A stretch of 64,000 nt of DNA, from the NCBI GenBank assembly GCA_015063685.1, contig SVTR01000003.1, positions 24,372 to 88,371 of the forward strand, written 5' to 3'. Of the stretch, positions 1-10,287 are shown in pieces. The notes beneath the pieces are model-generated. The model searched no databases, had not been told where the DNA came from, and was given only the letters and a program-made list of their open reading frames with translations. Position numbers and translations under genes: made by a program. Numbering within the stretch: the first letter of the stretch is position 1; the number at the start of each line of letters is the position of its first letter. Source of the stretch: Oscillospiraceae bacterium (GTDB lineage Bacteria > Bacillota > Clostridia > Oscillospirales > CAG-272).

Positions 1-1886
1 ACCACACCGGTACCGCCGGCGGTATCATCCATATCCTGACCGCTAATGCCGGACCAAGTGGTCTTGCCCGTTTTTTCATCTACCTGCCAGTTAGTACCCT
101 GAATCGTCCAACGAGCCCAGAGACCCACAGCCTCCTCGGGCACGTAGATCCACATACCTACGCGGGTAGCGTTCTCGAAGAGCATTTCGGTAGCAGGGCC
201 GACCAAAGAGGTCTTCATATAACCGGACTCCAAGGAATTGGAGTAGTTGACCCAAGCCTTCATAGCGTAGTTACCGCTGTGAACCTTGCCGTTCTCGGAG
301 GTAACTACCCACTGGTTGCTCTCAGGCCAGACATAGTTGTACTGAGTACCTTCAGGCTCGGAGAAGATCAGACCGCCGGTCGTGCCGTCTTCGAAGTCGA
401 AAATAACCTCAGAGCCCTTACCCAGGTTCAGCGTTGCGGTGGCGGTGATTTCGGGAGCAAAGGTGAAGGCTGCGGTTACATCGGAGGTAGAGGCTGCGAT
501 GCCCTCTTCGCCTGCGGTGAAGCTCAGGCCATCAAAGCTACCGATGGTCTTCTCGCTCAGCGTAAACGCAATATCGGAATCCTTCAAGGTTACCTCATTC
601 AGTCCGTAAGTAGCGGTCAGACCGATAACAACGGACTTGCCGTAAGGAACCGTAATGGAGGAGTTGTTGAATTTCAGAGCCTCGGGAACAACTACGTTGA
701 CTACGGTAGAACCAACCACCTTGTCCTCATAGGTCATTTGGATGGTGACTGCACCGGCAGTACCGTTGGAAACGAACACGCCGTCCTCAACAGTACCGTA
801 CTTGCTGTCAGCCAGCTTCCAGGACACATCCTCGGGAATGGTTGCGGCAGTGCCAGCGGGGCTGACGCCGGTAGCGGCAATATTCACGGTGGAACCGGGA
901 GTAACATACTCACTCTCTGCCTTCAAAGACGCACGCTCAAACTTATCAGAGGGAGAAGCCAGAGAAGCGATGATCAGACCGGAGGAAATGGAACGCTCGG
1001 AGCCGTCAGAGGGACGGTTCACGATAGAAACGTTATTCTGGCCTTCCTGACGTGCGGCAAAGGTGGTGGATCCACCGCCGTCCAGGTTGATAGCGGCTAC
1101 ACAGCCCTGCTCCAGCATGATCTGGGCAAGCTCGTGCATGGTACCGCCGCAGGAGAAGGGTTCCTGACGACCGTCCAGAGACATGAAAACAACCTTGCCG
1201 TCAGCCGTCACACCAACGCAGGTACGAGAGTGACGGTCGGTATTATAAGAGCCGGAAACAGTTGCGGTCACGTCCTTACCGCCGTAAACCAACATCTGGG
1301 AGCCTGCAGCGGCCTGCCAGATCTCATCATAATCAGCGTCTTTCAGATTTTTGGTGTACTCGATATAGGCAGTTCCGTCCTTCTTGATCGCGAAGATCTG
1401 GTTGTAGGAAGCGGACTCGCCGATACGGATACCGTCCAGATAAGTAACACCGGAGGGCTGACCGGTAGTCATATTGTAGAAGGAAGCATTGACACCGGCT
1501 ACTACCTTATAGTTTTCGCTGATAAAGCGATCACTGGTAGGATCGGTATACAGCTTGTCCGCATACGCGATCTGGTTGGTCAGCTTTTCCATACCGAACT
1601 TTTCGTTCACATACTGATCCAGATAGGAAGTCTGCACGATAACGTCATCGCGGGTAATATCAGCAGTGGCAACGTAATACACCATCTGCTTACCGTCCTT
1701 AGCGTACGCATAGTTGATGCTCTGCGTTACACCGGGCGCGATTGTCGAGGTGGTTGAAGAGAACAAATCGTGGGTCTCAGATACAAATTCTGTCCCTGCG
1801 GCAAAGGTGCCCATAGGAATCACGCCAAGCAGCATGATTGCGGAAAGCAGGATTGCCATTGCTTTGATGAATTTCGTATTCTTCAT
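1..1886 (-). CDS. Large secreted phosphodiester glycosidase (NAGPA/DUF2233-like) family protein, runs off window start; paralog of 28854-34262
   Basis: Not in the ORF track because there is no stop in the window. Manual translation from ATG 1886 gives MKNTKFIKAMAILLSAIMLLGVIPMGTFAAG (signal peptide) ... SRTCVGVTADGKVVFMSLDGRQ ... AINLDGGGSTT; RBS AAGGAG upstream. Confidence 0.85.
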   Translation of the reverse strand, partial: MKNTKFIKAMAILLSAIMLLGVIPMGTFAAGTEFVSETHDLFSSTTSTIAPGVTQSINYAYAKDGKQMVYYVATADITRDDVIVQTSYLDQYVNEKFGMEKLTNQIAYADKLYTDPTSDRFISENYKVVAGVNASFYNMTTGQPSGVTYLDGIRIGESASYNQIFAIKKDGTAYIEYTKNLKDADYDEIWQAAAGSQMLVYGGKDVTATVSGSYNTDRHSRTCVGVTADGKVVFMSLDGRQEPFSCGGTMHELAQIMLEQGCVAAINLDGGGSTTFAARQEGQNNVSIVNRPSDGSERSISSGLIIASLASPSDKFERASLKAESEYVTPGSTVNIAATGVSPAGTAATIPEDVSWKLADSKYGTVEDGVFVSNGTAGAVTIQMTYEDKVVGSTVVNVVVPEALKFNNSSITVPYGKSVVIGLTATYGLNEVTLKDSDIAFTLSEKTIGSFDGLSFTAGEEGIAASTSDVTAAFTFAPEITATATLNLGKGSEVIFDFEDGTTGGLIFSEPEGTQYNYVWPESNQWVVTSENGKVHSGNYAMKAWVNYSNSLESGYMKTSLVGPATEMLFENATRVGMWIYVPEEAVGLWARWTIQGTNWQVDEKTGKTTWSGISGQDMDDTAGGTGV

Positions 1887-1955
1887 GTGTTTTTCTCCTT
1901 TTTTTATTTGGGGGACGCGATCTATATAAACCGACTTCGTCGGATAGCTTTTTGC

Positions 1956-2786
1956 TTATTTTTTAGAACGGGGGATATACTGCGTATAAGGATTGTGAAG
2001 GTCCATTATCTTGTAATAATGGTGTCCCACTTGCTTTTCCACGGGTAAATCAGCCCGCCAATCGCCATACTTTTGTGTTAAGTATTCGTCATATTTTTCC
2101 GGCACCCGTACATCCAGACCTTCAAATTTGACCATAGTTCCCTTTCCGTACTGTTCACGGGGGGTATATTCCAACCTCCCCTGCCAGTTGCCATGATTGC
2201 ACCACAGGTGGGAGGATTCCGTCGAAAAAGCAGAAACATCCCGAGTATACGCATCCAGAATTTCAGCCGTATGCTTATGGTAGCCGAGGCATCGTCTGCC
2301 CCAGCATCCGATCTTAGATTTCAAATTTCTTGGCAAGCGAAATACGCATGAAAGCTTTTTTTGATATCCCAGCTTTTTGGCTTCCAACGTTTCCTGTTCT
2401 TCTATTGTCAAGGGATAACCGTCCAAGGGAAATACATCTATATACACACCATGATTCATCTTCAAATGAGCCACACTCTTTTCAACGTAGGTGGTTCGGG
2501 AATCACGTATTTTACTGAACAGCTGCGGAAATGCCGGATCCGTATAAAAATTTTGCAAGAACAGGTACTCGGGCAGGAGTTTTGGGGCTTCGAGAATAAA
2601 TATTTCGTATTCTTCTCTACCAAGGCCCAAATCCACATCGTCATCCCAAGGAATAAAACCGCCGTACTTCACGGCACCAAGGGCAGAACCGCATACAAGG
2701 TAGTATGTTAAATTTAAGCGATTACAGATGTCAATAAACACCTTAAGTATTTCAAGTTCTTTGGCTTGCAGATCAGTCATCATCAT
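1956..2786 (-). CDS. licD: LicD family phosphotransferase (phosphocholine/polyol-phosphate transfer to glycan)
   Basis: GSALGAVKYGGFIPWDDDVD and IDVFPLD motifs; start moved to 2786 on the GGAGG RBS. Confidence 0.9.
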   Translation of the reverse strand: MMMTDLQAKELEILKVFIDICNRLNLTYYLVCGSALGAVKYGGFIPWDDDVDLGLGREEYEIFILEAPKLLPEYLFLQNFYTDPAFPQLFSKIRDSRTTYVEKSVAHLKMNHGVYIDVFPLDGYPLTIEEQETLEAKKLGYQKKLSCVFRLPRNLKSKIGCWGRRCLGYHKHTAEILDAYTRDVSAFSTESSHLWCNHGNWQGRLEYTPREQYGKGTMVKFEGLDVRVPEKYDEYLTQKYGDWRADLPVEKQVGHHYYKIMDLHNPYTQYIPRSKK

Positions 2787-2902
2787 CTCTTTCCTCCGCT
2801 TACAAGCGGCAAAAATACACTTTATCATTTGGCCATAACACCAAAAACTTTATCAAGACATAATGTCCAGAGCGTCAACAAGAAGTTTTCAGATGCGGGC
2901 GG

Positions 2903-4204
2903 TTATTTGTCTACAAATTCTTTTACCATATCCACAAGATACCGTGGATTTAACGCCTTGAGCATAAGCGTATTGCAATACCTGATAGGCTTCATCACAA
3001 ACCCAACGATCACGTTTGTAAATATCTGCGTAATCAAAGATGCGATAGCTGCACCGTTGATCCCCCACAGAGGAATCATCAGCGCATTCAGAAAAACATT
3101 AGCAATGGCTCCGGACAGGTTAATGCTCCAAAGATATTTTTGCTTGTCTTCAGCCAGTAACCATATATTACGAACAGCTCCAAGATACGAAAAGGTCGTG
3201 TACCACACGATGATTCTCAGCGCATCTATAGCCAACTCATAGGCATTTCCGTAAATGATGCGGATCATAAATCCGGAAAGCAACGCGATAACTATGCATT
3301 GTAGCAGAGAAAGGTAAATGATCGCCGAATAAAGCCGCACCATATTCCGCTCGAATTTTTCCCTGCCCACTTTCTTGCTTTCAAATATGATGGGACGTGC
3401 CGAATCTAAAATCGCCGAAAAGACGAAGCTTGTCATACTGGCACAGGTAACAGCCGCGGCATAAAGGCCCGTAGCATCGGCTCCCAGCATGGGTTTGATC
3501 ATCAGTTTGTCAGTTTGGGCAAAAACCGTCATCATAAGATTCGAAAGAATATAATACTTCCCGGTAGATAGCAGATCCTTCACATAAAACTTTGAAAATG
3601 AAAGGTGCTGTCCTCCCTTTTTTTTATAAAGAAGCAACAAAATAAATGCGATAACGGCATAATCGATCGACTGTGACACGGAAAACCAATAGACATTTTT
3701 TTCTGTGATCAGCAAAAAAACACGGTAGGCTGATATGACCAAATATGCGATCAAACCTACGATAGCGGAATACTTTGCCCAAAGCTTGGCCTGATACCAA
3801 TAAATAATCAGCTCCAAGTTCTGAAAAAGCAATGAAATACTGTATAGTGCACAAACAATAACCGTTTGTCTTTCTCCGGGATTCATGAGCGCCGCAAAAG
3901 ATGTCATGCCGATCATACCGATCAAAGAGGAGCACACACCAATACCAATTGAAGTACCAATGATTTTCCCTTCATCATTGGGATTGGCAATCAGCTTTTG
4001 CACCATAATATTGTTCAGTCCCAAATTCACAAGTGGGGCGACAAACGCCATAAGGGATGCGGCATAATTGATGACGCCATAATCCGACGGGCCAAGATAT
4101 CTCGCAGTAAACATCGTAAGAACCAGCGACAGCAAGGCCTGTACGACCCTGCATATAACGATCCACGACGCATTACTAACCACTTTATTTTTTATCATTT
4201 TCAT
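2903..4204 (-). CDS. wzx: Wzx-type polysaccharide flippase (locus B)
   Basis: Multi-TM protein; ARYLGPSDYG, QTDKLMI, LMIPLWGINGAAIAS motifs. Confidence 0.9.
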   Translation of the reverse strand: MKMIKNKVVSNASWIVICRVVQALLSLVLTMFTARYLGPSDYGVINYAASLMAFVAPLVNLGLNNIMVQKLIANPNDEGKIIGTSIGIGVCSSLIGMIGMTSFAALMNPGERQTVIVCALYSISLLFQNLELIIYWYQAKLWAKYSAIVGLIAYLVISAYRVFLLITEKNVYWFSVSQSIDYAVIAFILLLLYKKKGGQHLSFSKFYVKDLLSTGKYYILSNLMMTVFAQTDKLMIKPMLGADATGLYAAAVTCASMTSFVFSAILDSARPIIFESKKVGREKFERNMVRLYSAIIYLSLLQCIVIALLSGFMIRIIYGNAYELAIDALRIIVWYTTFSYLGAVRNIWLLAEDKQKYLWSINLSGAIANVFLNALMIPLWGINGAAIASLITQIFTNVIVGFVMKPIRYCNTLMLKALNPRYLVDMVKEFVDK

Positions 4205-4371
4205 TCTTATATTTTACGGAGATACGGCACGAACAAAGGTCTCCCGTCGGTTTTGACTCAGGTACAGAAAACATCCCAACGCGGACCCACGATCGTTTTT
4301 TCGCCGGCCTCCACATCATATCTATAGAGTATCCCTTCTGAAAAATTGATTGTTTTCTTCAAAACGATTTT

Positions 4372-5571
4372 TTAGTATAATTTGACGTACTCTAAATTTT
4401 TTTCTTCCTTATCAAGGGATGTCGCCCTTCGCAAGCAATCCATCTTTGAATATGGCCGCGTTTCACAAATTCTCACGACCTCGCTCCACATTGCGCCGCT
4501 ATCATTTTTTTCGATGACAGAGCCGCAGGTCTCATCCAAAATTTCCGGACACCCTCCGGTACGAAAGGCGACAACCGGCGTGCCGCAGGCCAGGGCCTCC
4601 ATTTGCACCGTGGGGTAGTTCTCTTCCCTGGTAGGATTGACGAACACATCCGCGGCCGTATAGATTTCCGCCAGCTCCCGCTGGTTCTCGGTTCGATGGA
4701 TGGAAATAACGTTGTCCGGCAGCTGGCGGTCAATTTGCTCATTCGTCCCCACCAACACGATGCGGTAGCTGTCATCCAGCCGCTTAGCGAGCTCCAGGAA
4801 CACATCAAAGCCCTTTTTCTTGTCCCACCCGAAGGAAACACCCAGCACCAGCTTTTTGTCCTCGCAGTGATATTTCCGACGGAAATCGCTTTTGGTGGGC
4901 TTGAACACCGTGAGGTCAATGCCGTTGTTAATGACCTTTACGGGATAATCCTTCAGGAAAGATTTTCTCGTCAAATCGGCCAGCCATTGGGATGGGGTGA
5001 CCAGCGTCATATCCGCTACACCCTTGAACCAGGCTTGCTTCTGCTTGTACTGCCGCTTGGAATTATCCACTCGACATTGGGGGTATTCCCTGAGCTGAGG
5101 ACAATCATGGCAGCCTGTTTTCCACTTGTCACAGCCGATCATGTCAAAATGGGGACAATGACCGGTAAAGCTCCAGCAATCGTGGAGGGTCCAGATCACT
5201 TTGATCTTGTCTTTTTTGATGTAGTCAAACAGGGTTGGCAGGTGGACGCAATAGCCGTGCAGATTATGCAGATGCAAAAGCTCGATCTTTTGAGCACGCA
5301 GTTCTCTGACAAGCCTTTTCGTGCCCCGCTTCATGTAGCAACCGTCCAGGCCGAATACACGCCCCAAAAGGTTCCCCGCCCGACGTTCGGCCCAAGTGCC
5401 GAAATAGGCATGTCCGATCGGGGCATCAGGACACTTTTGATACTTTTTCGAAAAGGGGTACGGTGAATAGGTATAGACCTCATGGCCGTGCGATCGGGCC
5501 TGCTCCGCGATTTGGAGCATGATCCGACCGGTACTGCCGAAGGTCACTGCGTTGATCTGTGCGATACGCAT
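4372..5571 (-). CDS. GT4 glycosyltransferase (WcaC-like)
   Basis: GSTGRI, LHLHNLHG, WTLHDCWSFTGHC, EENYPTVQMEALACGTPV. Confidence 0.9.
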   Translation of the reverse strand: MRIAQINAVTFGSTGRIMLQIAEQARSHGHEVYTYSPYPFSKKYQKCPDAPIGHAYFGTWAERRAGNLLGRVFGLDGCYMKRGTKRLVRELRAQKIELLHLHNLHGYCVHLPTLFDYIKKDKIKVIWTLHDCWSFTGHCPHFDMIGCDKWKTGCHDCPQLREYPQCRVDNSKRQYKQKQAWFKGVADMTLVTPSQWLADLTRKSFLKDYPVKVINNGIDLTVFKPTKSDFRRKYHCEDKKLVLGVSFGWDKKKGFDVFLELAKRLDDSYRIVLVGTNEQIDRQLPDNVISIHRTENQRELAEIYTAADVFVNPTREENYPTVQMEALACGTPVVAFRTGGCPEILDETCGSVIEKNDSGAMWSEVVRICETRPYSKMDCLRRATSLDKEEKNLEYVKLY

Positions 5572-7177
5572 GGATTATCTCCTCCTTACGTACAATTTGG
5601 CCTCTTTCTTCACAGACGCACCGCTTTCTGCTTGCGTAAGCATCGGACGATAAACAGATAAGCCTCCCAGAATAAATAACACCATAATGACAGGAGATGC
5701 CCATATGGGGTTAAAGGTTGAGACAAACAGGAACACGATCAAAGAAGCTACCACCGCATTTTTTTCACTCTGAGAAACACTGTATTTCAAATGATACTTA
5801 ACGATATTCCAAATGAACTTCAAATAGAGGGCAAAGACGATCAGGCCGCAAGAGCTGATCAGATCCAGGTTGGTGGAATGGCCTGTGATCTTGGTATGAG
5901 GATTCCATGGGAAATTGCCTATGATCGGATGCTTCACGATCAATCCCCATGCCTCACGGTACAGGTCGAAGCGTCCCGTGGTCTGACCTTCCTCGCCGCT
6001 CTGCATATAGTAAACCGTTTCGTATATGCGGGTTGAAATATTATCGTTGGGAATCAGGTCTGCCAGCTCCAGAAGTGCCATTTCATACAAACCCGACTGA
6101 ATGAAAAAGACCAGGAACACGATGAAGGCGACCAAAAAGACGTTTCGCAATGTGGCATTTTTCAAATTCAAGAAAAGATAGCAACCGATACCCAGAACCA
6201 TGCCTACGATAGCAATGGTAAACGCGGCCATAAATACACAAACCATCATCAAGGCGATAATCAAACCTCTGAGCCAGCGATAGTGCTTGTTTTCTCCAAA
6301 AGAAGCAAAGAAATATGGGAGCAAGATGACCATACCATAAATTACGGCATAATCGGCCACCAAAGGATAGAAATCGCCTCTGTAGGCAGCACTTAGGCGG
6401 ATAGCCTCCGGGTTAACCACCAAAATACCAATGGACGCAATACTGACGACAGCGATCATGATCCACAGACAGCGTCGGATCCAAGTGATCATTTCCTCAT
6501 CAGATCTGGTGACAACCTGAACTGCGGAGATGATCATGGGCACCAAGGAAATCATGTGCCACACCTGAAGGGTAAAGGGCACGTTAAAGCTGGTGTAGAT
6601 CTCCCGCGATTGCCACACGAACTGATATTCAATTACGTAGATGAAAAGGAACAGGAACAGCGGCAACATAGCGATCTTCTTTCGGGTAATCTTTCCGTAC
6701 GCCAAAAGAAAATATACCATGAAAACATAATTCGCCACGATGACGCCGACGCCGCCCACAAATCTTGTGATATATTCCGTGACAATATTGAGAAGAAGGA
6801 ACGCGAGCCAGCAAAGGACCACCGCCTTATCCAACATGACACTACTTCGTTTTCTCATGAAATGCTCCAACTATTTTTGATAAACTGAATGATGCGCCCC
6901 GCCTGAGCCACGTGATTCTTCTCTGCCAGCACGAAGCTCCTGGCCTTCTGTCCAAAGGCCTCCAATTCTCGGCTGTCCCGATCCAGGGCTTGTCTCAAGG
7001 CTACAGCCAGGCCGTCCTCCCGGGTCTCATCAAAATAATATAAATATTCGTCATACTCATCGGGAAAGCCCGGTAGCTTGGCGCATAGCACGGGGGTTCC
7101 CGAGACCATGTATTCCATGGTTTTGGAGGGGAAAGAGTATTTCGTATATTCCCCTTCGCTCGTTCGGGGGTTGACCA
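4534..7177 (+). repeat. 2.64-kb direct repeat, copy 1 (other copy 23910-26553)
   Basis: Constant offset of 19376 bp; identical Wzy protein and identical shadow ORFs in both copies; scattered SNPs toward the edges. Confidence 0.95.
5575..6870 (-). CDS. Putative Wzy polymerase / O-antigen ligase family membrane protein
   Basis: About 11-12 TM segments; GRFDLYREAWGLIVKHPIIG...GHSTNLDLI resembles Wzy_C; lies between GT genes. Confidence 0.75.
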   Translation of the reverse strand: MEHFMRKRSSVMLDKAVVLCWLAFLLLNIVTEYITRFVGGVGVIVANYVFMVYFLLAYGKITRKKIAMLPLFLFLFIYVIEYQFVWQSREIYTSFNVPFTLQVWHMISLVPMIISAVQVVTRSDEEMITWIRRCLWIMIAVVSIASIGILVVNPEAIRLSAAYRGDFYPLVADYAVIYGMVILLPYFFASFGENKHYRWLRGLIIALMMVCVFMAAFTIAIVGMVLGIGCYLFLNLKNATLRNVFLVAFIVFLVFFIQSGLYEMALLELADLIPNDNISTRIYETVYYMQSGEEGQTTGRFDLYREAWGLIVKHPIIGNFPWNPHTKITGHSTNLDLISSCGLIVFALYLKFIWNIVKYHLKYSVSQSEKNAVVASLIVFLFVSTFNPIWASPVIMVLFILGGLSVYRPMLTQAESGASVKKEAKLYVRRR

Positions 7178-8024
7178 AAAGGGTGGCGTGAAGCTCGTCC
7201 TCCACAACCTCCGCGTTCGGACGAATGCCGAAGTAGCAGATCCTCGAATCCTCGGCGGCTATGGTTTGGATAGTATCGGCATAATCGCCGTCGCCGTAGA
7301 TATGCAGCTCCTCGTTATCCTTGCCAACAGCAATGAAAGCATCCACCAAGGCCGCGATCCCGTACTTCTTCTGCAGACCGCCCGCGTAGATGACGGTCTT
7401 TTTCTCATTTGAAAAATGTGCGTGATCGGCAGTGGCCATGTCCTTGTCTACGTGGCCTTCCAGCACGATATAGGGCTTGTGCTTTGGGTTGACCACAACA
7501 TCCATCTGTCGGGTCAGGAACACGTAGCCATCGGCCATGGCGAGCAGCTTTTGATTGATGGCCAGCTTGGTCTTTTTCTTGGTGCTACTGACAAATTCAG
7601 GCAGGTCGGTGACCAGGGCCACAGACTTACGTCCTCTCAGCCGAGCGCCCAGGGTTGCGCCCCAGGAGGAGGCCACGATCAGGGCGTCGTAGATCACCAC
7701 GGTGTCCTTTTTCGAAGTCAGCACCTTGAAGAAGGACTTGAAAAAGTTCATGCCATGCTTGACACCCTTGATATTCCACACCGAGATATACTGCTTTTTA
7801 AGGTGTTCGCTCTCAACCGTCGGCCATTTGGCATATTTTCTGGTGCTGTTGGCCTTGGAGATCGGCAGCGTGGTATAGGCGTGGACCCTTGCGCCGTTTT
7901 CTGCCAGTCCGCGGCACAAGAGCTGATGGTATTTATTTGAGGCAGGATGGGGCATTTTCCCCTTGTCAAACAGGGTATCCCGCATACCTTCCTCAAACAT
8001 AGCGGAAAAATATAAGATATTCAT
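6855..8024 (-). CDS. GT4 glycosyltransferase
   Basis: IYAGGLQKKYG, LLVNPR...YSFPSKTMEYMVSGTPV. Confidence 0.9.
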   Translation of the reverse strand: MNILYFSAMFEEGMRDTLFDKGKMPHPASNKYHQLLCRGLAENGARVHAYTTLPISKANSTRKYAKWPTVESEHLKKQYISVWNIKGVKHGMNFFKSFFKVLTSKKDTVVIYDALIVASSWGATLGARLRGRKSVALVTDLPEFVSSTKKKTKLAINQKLLAMADGYVFLTRQMDVVVNPKHKPYIVLEGHVDKDMATADHAHFSNEKKTVIYAGGLQKKYGIAALVDAFIAVGKDNEELHIYGDGDYADTIQTIAAEDSRICYFGIRPNAEVVEDELHATLLVNPRTSEGEYTKYSFPSKTMEYMVSGTPVLCAKLPGFPDEYDEYLYYFDETREDGLAVALRQALDRDSRELEAFGQKARSFVLAEKNHVAQAGRIIQFIKNSWSIS

Positions 8025-8025
8025 T

Positions 8026-8131
8026 CTGTCTCCGTGGGGTAAGAATCCCCCCTAAGATGCAAGTAGTTCACATGACTTTGCACCATGTTTTCGATGGTGT
8101 ATTCCCGGATCTTCTCCAGGCTTTGGGCGGC
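8026..8131 (+). repeat. Direct repeat of the 3' end of GT 10288-11433 (other copy about 10293-10398)
   Basis: 83 bp exact (8049-8131 = 10316-10398), extending with mismatches; encodes ...HLRGDSYPTETE* with an ATGA overlap on the 8024 start. Confidence 0.9.
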
Positions 8132-8222
8132 AATTTGTATATACTTTCTCAAAACGAATGAGGTATGGTCACCCCATTTAACGCCATGATCCATAGATCT
8201 TTCTTACAAAAACACCTTCGTC

Positions 8223-9209
8223 CTATTTGATCGCAGTCAACCAAGCGATGGGAGCCCGGAGAATTTTAATTTTGACAGCGATCAATTTCGCCAAAAGAAC
8301 CAGGAGATATACTATGATAAACGCTATGAACGGTCGGATTGCGGTCAGCCACGCCCAATCTACGCGGTTACAAAGATTTGCAACGATTCCGGCTATTGGC
8401 ATGTGGAGAAGATAGACCGGGAATGACAACCTTCCAATCTCAATCATAAAATTGCCTTTCGAGGTAGCTAAGGAACACACGCCGATAAAAAACAATATAC
8501 CTATGATAAAAATAAATTCATAAAGAAGCTTAGAGCTACGGTCCAAAACAAACAATCGAAGAATTGCCAAGGATATATATATACAGCCACAGGGGATCCA
8601 TATTTTTCCGGCAATACCTATGATTCTTTCCAATACACCATATTGAGCTATTAACAAACCGGCAGAAAAATACAGAAGAGCGTGCGGAATATCAAAAGAA
8701 GAAAACGCAAAACTAACAGAAAAGATATCTTCTAACACTTTCACAAGTAGCGAACCGCCCAGCGCAATCCATGTAACAACCTTGTTCTTGCGGAAAAAGA
8801 ACATTAAAAGATACAGAAGCAACAGTTCCGTCAAATAGTATAAATAGGTCTCAACCCCCAACAGCCATAACACATATGACAAGAGAGAGAGTCCACCTTT
8901 TCGAAGATATACATATAAATAGACAAGTGTTCCGCAAAAAAGCCAAGGAATACCTATGGTTTCCAGCTTTCTGAGCGTAAATTTCCCAAAGGTACGATGC
9001 TCATAAAACAAAAGGTACCCCGCAAATAAGAAGAAAATTGTTACACTAATGGCCATAAAGCCTCGCCACAACTGTGATACAGTCTGGTTTGCTACACCGG
9101 CATTTTCTCCTACAGCGGTAGAGTGAGCCGCGACTACCAGAAATATAGCGATTGCTTTCATTCTGTAAATCAGCTTTCCCGAGGCTTCATCAATTTTCAG
9201 TGGCATCAA
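8223..9209 (-). CDS. Acyltransferase_3 family membrane O-acyltransferase
   Basis: MKAIAIFLVVAAHS, FFLFAGY, IGRLSFPVYLLH motifs; multi-TM. Confidence 0.85.
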   Translation of the reverse strand: MMPLKIDEASGKLIYRMKAIAIFLVVAAHSTAVGENAGVANQTVSQLWRGFMAISVTIFFLFAGYLLFYEHRTFGKFTLRKLETIGIPWLFCGTLVYLYVYLRKGGLSLLSYVLWLLGVETYLYYLTELLLLYLLMFFFRKNKVVTWIALGGSLLVKVLEDIFSVSFAFSSFDIPHALLYFSAGLLIAQYGVLERIIGIAGKIWIPCGCIYISLAILRLFVLDRSSKLLYEFIFIIGILFFIGVCSLATSKGNFMIEIGRLSFPVYLLHMPIAGIVANLCNRVDWAWLTAIRPFIAFIIVYLLVLLAKLIAVKIKILRAPIAWLTAIK

Positions 9210-9634
9210 GGCCTCCCTCCTTTACATGCTTTTTTCACCTCATCAATCATTCTATAGATATTCTTCGGATCTCCATATTCGCCATATGTTCGGCAAGTAC
9301 ACAATCATCGTTTATGCCTGTGGCATCATATGCACATTGTCGCAAATGCATTTTTCTCTCGAAATTTTCTCTGCTTTCCCGATATGCGACAGGATACCAG
9401 CGTAAACATGGTGCTTGTACGCAATTTATGTTCTTTTACCGTTCAAAATCATGTTTATAGCAAAGTTGAAGAAAGGGAAAATGCTTTAAAGGTGGCCTCA
9501 GGGCCAGCTTCCTTTCTTGTTACCGTTTAATATGTTGTATACTTGCGGTAATTTATCGAAAAGTTTCAATTAATAAGTTGCATTAGGGGGCTAAAATACA
9601 TAATTTTTCGTTTTATTCGCCAAAAACAAACAAA

Positions 9635-9680
9635 AACCCATCATTCAACATATTATATCATAACAAACGAAAAATTGCAA
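9635..9680 (-). promoter_or_regulatory. sigmaA promoter, relic copy of the switch promoter
   Basis: Minus strand TTGCAA(9680-9675)-17bp-TATAAT(9657-9652); TATAATATGTTGAATGATGGGTT is identical to 43984-44006. Confidence 0.8.
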
Positions 9681-9871
9681 TAGCTTTTGTGATATTTCAT
9701 ACTTTTCTCATAAATTACCAGTAGATTTTTTCATTTCAAACAAGGGAATGAAGAACAAAGCAAATCCTCTTATAAAAGACTTTGTCATAGTTCTTTGCCG
9801 TAGGTTTCTCTTGCACAAAAATTTTCGGTTCCGCCTCTTCGCACAAACGATTGATCCCTCTATGATAGCCC

Positions 9872-9910
9872 AAAGGCCTTCCCAGCACCGAAAGCGAGGA
9901 AGGCCTTTTT
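9872..9910. terminator. Bidirectional terminator-like hairpin, homologous to 15903-15943
   Basis: AAAGGCCTTCC...GGAAGGCCTTTTT. Confidence 0.6.
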
Positions 9911-10008
9911 GACTTTGGTTATAGTTCATTTCATTCAAAAAATGAACATTATTTCTTCATACTTATACTATTTTATTACATCATCCGGATCAAAATGCAA
10001 AAACCGTT

Positions 10009-10179
10009 GGGCACCTCTAAATACTCAGCGTGCAGCGAGATGCGAGTTTTTTTCGTCAGACTAAAGGTCAGCTCTCTAAAAAAATCTTTCGCATAGTTGA
10101 CCCTATGCGAAAGATTTTTGTGACGTATGACGAAAAAAGCACCGTCATATCGGCGTACGATGAGTTTTTAGAGATGCCC
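10009..10179. mobile_element. MITE-like palindromic element
   Basis: Imperfect terminal inverted repeats GGGCACCTCTAAATACTCA / TGAGTTTTTAGAGATGCCC; internal 17-bp perfect stem AAAAATCTTTCGCATAG...CTATGCGAAAGATTTTT. Confidence 0.6.
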
Positions 10180-10287
10180 TTTAAGGTTATTCCATAATTC
10201 ATGCTATAACTGCCCCCGCAACACTCCAAAACCGTCTACCAAAGTGCCTTCAGGCCAGTCCAGAGCGCAACAGAAAATTGATGTTTT

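Noticed and set aside
279-1757. 492-aa plus-strand ORF
   Set aside because: Antisense shadow of the minus-strand glycosidase gene starting at 1886; no recognisable motifs.
9520-9620. Possible crossover half-sites (TATGTTGT at about 9531, ACATAA at about 9598) near the third promoter
   Set aside because: No complete arm-6bp-arm site, and spacing and orientation do not fit the ON junction.
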